From NCBI GenBank assembly GCA_023213395.1, contig CM041465.1, positions 191,835,741 through 191,899,740 on the forward strand: 64,000 nucleotides of DNA, given 5' to 3'. This DNA is from Cycas panzhihuaensis (lineage: Eukaryota; Plantae; Cycadophyta). A program made the translations under genes and the position numbers. The notes under the pieces are model-generated. The model worked only from the letters and a program-made list of their open reading frames with translations, ran no database searches and was not told where the DNA came from. Below are positions 59,890 through 64,000 of this stretch, in pieces. How positions within the stretch are numbered: the stretch's first letter is position 1; each line of letters opens with the position of its first letter.

Positions 59890-60105
59890 CTCCTATATAA
59901 TGCCCATTCCAAGAGACTCCAAGCTCAATACCTTTGTAAATATGTTTTCCTCATATTTATCTATTTTACAATAGACCAACTTGATTTTACCTTGCTACAC
60001 TAGCTCCTTGATGAAGTGATATTACGTTCCAATATGCTTTGTTCTTCTATGAAACACTAAATTCCTAGTCATTTAAATTATACTATGATTATCACATAAC
60101 AATTA
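59890..60105 (-). pseudogene. Isolated copia RNase H C-terminal remnant, probably followed leftwards by an eroded PPT and LTR
   Basis: LLCDNHSII*MTRNLVFHRRTKHIGT*YHFIKELV*QGKIKLVYC...NIFTK. Confidence 0.8.
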
Positions 60106-61066
60106 TGTGAGATCAACCTATTCTTCCTATAAATCATGTGTAGTAGTCCCTACCAACAAAATATAAGAAATGTAATAATCACAGTAGGAAATCTTTTAAG
60201 ATAGTTATTCTAACATGCATATAAAATATGTTTTAAATGTGTAACTCATAGTATAATAGATAATAGGACAATCATAAGTATAATATCATAATTTGAGTAA
60301 TAATATCAAATTATATAATAATAATAGTAAATATCATAAGAATCATCTCAAATAATAAAACCCTCTTTGAGGAGAGGATGTCCTCCCATTTGGCACAACA
60401 TGTCCTAATGGCACAAGGCCATCAATCTCATCAAATATTAAATTCTCCAAGATAAACATAAATGAATAAGGCTCCTCTATTCGTAGTCTTTTTCCCCTTT
60501 CTCTAAACCCAACTTCTAATTCTCTTTCTCCAAAATACTAACTTCATATAATTTAGGGATACAATGATTATTCTCCTAAAAATATTGACTTCTTTATTTC
60601 TCTTAAAACTTACTACTTCAAAAAGGGGAATGTAATAATTCCCCTTACCTTAAAATACTCCACCCTCAAAGTATATGGAGTCACATATGGAGTTGCTTGG
60701 TCTTGCTTTGGTAGGTTCTTTTGTTGCCTACTAAGTCTTATATGCCATAAAAGTTTGATCTAATATGGTGCCTTCTATTGGAGGTAAATGATATATAACT
60801 TAAGCCAGCAGATGTTTATATTTGGGACTCATTATTAACTATATTTTATCATGTATAGAAGCAATCCTAAGACCTGTGTGATGCCAATGATACTTAGCTA
60901 AGGTTTAGTTTAGTGATTATACAGGGATAAGAATATTGAGAGGTTTTGTGAGGAAGGTTATAATGTAGTCTTAGGTATCTAGAAAAGAATTGATCATAGG
61001 GATCGTACATTAGTGATTTTAATGAGGTGGTCAGCAATAGGTTTGAAAATATAGGAAATGAGGATC

Positions 61067-61093
<27 letters not shown>
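61067..61093. repeat. (TA)n followed by (GA)n microsatellite; the GA run continues to ~61114
   Basis: Directly visible. Confidence 0.85.
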
Positions 61094-61118
<25 letters not shown>

Positions 61119-64000
61119 TAGTTGGACCACTACAGTATTCTAAGGAAAAAGACAAATGTAGGATTAGCAATAGATGCTCTTTATGGGAAAAGGATTTTAA
61201 TAGGGGTTAAAATCCAAGGGTAAAACTATATAAAGGACTTAATAAAAAAATAATATTGGTGGTATATAAATGTGGGAGGTCAATATAAATAGCACAAGTT
61301 TTTATAAGGGGTAATCATTGTACTAGGAGATGAGATATTTAAAATAACACAACTTCAAAGGATGCAAAAAGCCAACACCAGGAAGAGACACATCACAAAG
61401 AAGACAAACATCAAGAGAAGGAAGCACAATAGCATTAGTCAATGCACAAGCAATGTGAAGTTTCCAACGAATTAGAGTGAGTAGACAAATTAATAAATGA
61501 ACAAGAAGAATAGACCCTCTATGAGGAATTTTTAGAAGTTGTGTAGGGATATAAAGAAGAATCAACTCAGGTACAAGAACCCTTCTAATGCTCTAAGAAA
61601 GAGCAAGATTTTGCAAAGCAAGGAGAATCCATCCAACTTTATGAAGAAGAACTTGAGTATCCTAAGGGGTCATCCATATCATTAAGTGAATCTAACAAGG
61701 TATCTAGCATAGACCTAGTATTGCATATGTATATTGGATTTGTAGTTTTAAATATCCTCTCATTTTTATGCGCAATAATTATAGAGAAACTCTCTTCCTC
61801 TTATCCCATAATTGTCCAAACTCCTAACCCATTTAGCTCAATATTCTTTATAGGATAAATCCTATTCCCTCTTCATAACCCTAATTTAATTCTATATTTA
61901 CATTTTCTAACTTGTAGGGGTTTTCCTCAATAGAATGGCTAGAACCTTCCATCCTCCCTTCATCATGTCTCATCTCCCAATACAATGATTACCTTTTGTA
62001 ATAACTCATCATGTTTATCTTGACCTCCTATATTTTTATATCACTAATACTATTTTTTTTAATTAAGTCCTTCATTAGTTTTATCCTTATTATTAAACCT
62101 CTATTAAAATCTCTTTTCCATAAAGAGCATCTATCCCTAATCCCACATTTGCTTTTTTCTCTAAATTATTATAGTGGTCTAACCAACAATGTACTAATCC
62201 TAAAAAGTAATGCATTTGATAACTCATTTTAAACTCTTTCATATATTTATGTTTAGTGTCCATTATCTGACAAAAAGAATAAGAAGCACCTTATAAATTC
62301 TCCAAAGAAGAATAGATGCCCGCGCACAATTATATAGAGCTCTTTCATACTATTTAATTCATGAAGGTGCTTATAATGGCATGGTATAGCAAGTATGTTT
62401 TAAACATATACATGATGTGACCTTTACAAACTTTGGTGTTCTCCAAAGGTGCTCCATCACATGTATGGTAGTCATGTTAAAACCTTTCTTACAACTTCAA
62501 TTTTACCTTGGAGGTTTAGTGGCATGGTGAAAGAGGACCTAAAAATTCCATTATGGAGAAACTAGCCAACACTGTTCTAGGTGTCCCATCTCGCATAACA
62601 TAGCATTTATGGTACATCATTCAATTATTGGTATGTGTTGACTGATGAAGATGAAGATAAAGAAGGTATAAGTGAAATCCTTTTAATTTCTATTTTAAGA
62701 ATTATGTACATTATAACGTAGTTGCCTATTTGCTCAGATAGATGTTCGTCCTCTTAGGCTTGTGACTTAAATTCATAAAAAATGGTTCATGTCATTAGCT
62801 TTCAATTCTTTTTTATTGTTAAAATGATGAATAAAACAAGCCGCCTACCAATAAAAATCATTCAGTTGCAACATAGAAATCGAAGCACAAATTGATACTC
62901 ACCAAGTTAAGCACCTTGTCCATTAAAAAATGAGAGTATGCTCAGTTGTCCAGCATTGAACATTTGTTGCAATCTATGAATGCCCTAGTTTTAGTTGGTT
63001 GGTGAAATCATATGCCTAAGGGGTTCACCCTACAATCGCTCATAGATCACACTCATTTGTTCGAGCCATGAAGGAAAGCAAAAGATATTCAACCCCTGTA
63101 AAGCAGCCACTTCAGATAGATTCAAACAAAAATTATGCACAAAAATGTTCACACAAAGAAGCCACTCATAATATATTAAATATGCAATAAATACATGGTT
63201 GATCTCCCAGATAAAAAATCAATCTAAAAATCATGCAGGCAAATTTAATCATGAGAAGAAAAAAATTGCAGAAGAAAATTTGCAGGTTATTTTCTAAATT
63301 AAATTATATTTGATATGTGTTTGAGCTTCATGGACTTGAGAAATTATAAACTCGATTTAAATTTTGTTACATTTGAAAAACTTAATTAAACTTGATTAAA
63401 TCATTTTTCAAATCCATGAAGCTGCCTTGATATGTCAATGAACACGTGACCAGTAGTCTAAGATTAAAGAGGTTAAATAATATTTTTTAATAATTAAGAA
63501 TTATTTCATAATATATTTTCACTTTTTTTTATCATAATTTTTTATTAGAGTATTTATTTTTTATCTAATCAATTGCATTGGATAAAGAATTCTAAGATGA
63601 TCAAAATGAGTAGTCTTAAGACATATTTCAAAAATCACATAATAGAGAAATTATTAGGTAAAATTGATCAAAATGTTCTTAATTCTATAAAAGATACATT
63701 TTATAACATTTTTCAAAAAAATTCACATATGTTGATATTTTCAAAAGTTCATGTTAGAATATATTAATATACTGATTAATGTTAATATGTGGTATATTTA
63801 TATATGGATAATGTTGGTGTATATTAGATGAGTTGACAGATGTAATCACTTGATGTAACATTAATCAAGGCACTTTAGATCTATAAATATAGATTAAAAT
63901 GTATCTATGTACAATACTAGTTTTGCAAAAATGTAAATTAATATTATTTTGGTGGGTTTTTATCCATGAGGGTTTTTCATGACAATTCTGGTCTCCTGTG

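Noticed and set aside
60171-61100. Possible TRIM: PPT-like CCCCTTACC (~60641) and PBS-like TGATGCCA (~60879) about 250 bp apart
   Set aside because: The flanking segments do not match each other as LTRs; more likely juxtaposed gypsy remnants.

Overview
AT-rich eukaryotic DNA, by inference from a large-genome plant such as a gymnosperm. It consists almost entirely of decayed, nested LTR retrotransposons and large microsatellite arrays. I found no intact host gene, RNA gene or CRISPR array. From left to right: the 3' end of a Ty3/gypsy element (1-1508); a Ty1/copia element lacking RNase H (A, ~1980-5643); a chromodomain gypsy 3' half (~6490-10062); a non-coding LTR element (B, 10361-13041); and a Tat-type gypsy pol with an extra RNase HI between protease and RT (~14230-18000). 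Next is a ~32 kb three-level copia nest. Host D (18288-~50233) contains C (18872-32264) and E (33358-49680). C contains H (22916-27046), and E contains the Tnt1-like F (36510-41800) and G (44090-47628). After that come a gypsy 5' fragment, an LTR flanked by both a PPT and a PBS (53390-53870), a 1.4 kb microsatellite array and heavily eroded remnants. The most interesting signal is the pair G and H. These are two independent non-autonomous copia derivatives related to C. Each keeps a frameshift-free ~225-codon frame made of the Gag N-terminus, an unrecognised middle segment with a shared YIDDVFxMRQMxExV motif, and the extreme RNase H tail. Both sit antisense inside autonomous copia elements, and H lies in the gag of its probable helper family. 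Coordinates and translations were read by eye and may be off by a few bases.
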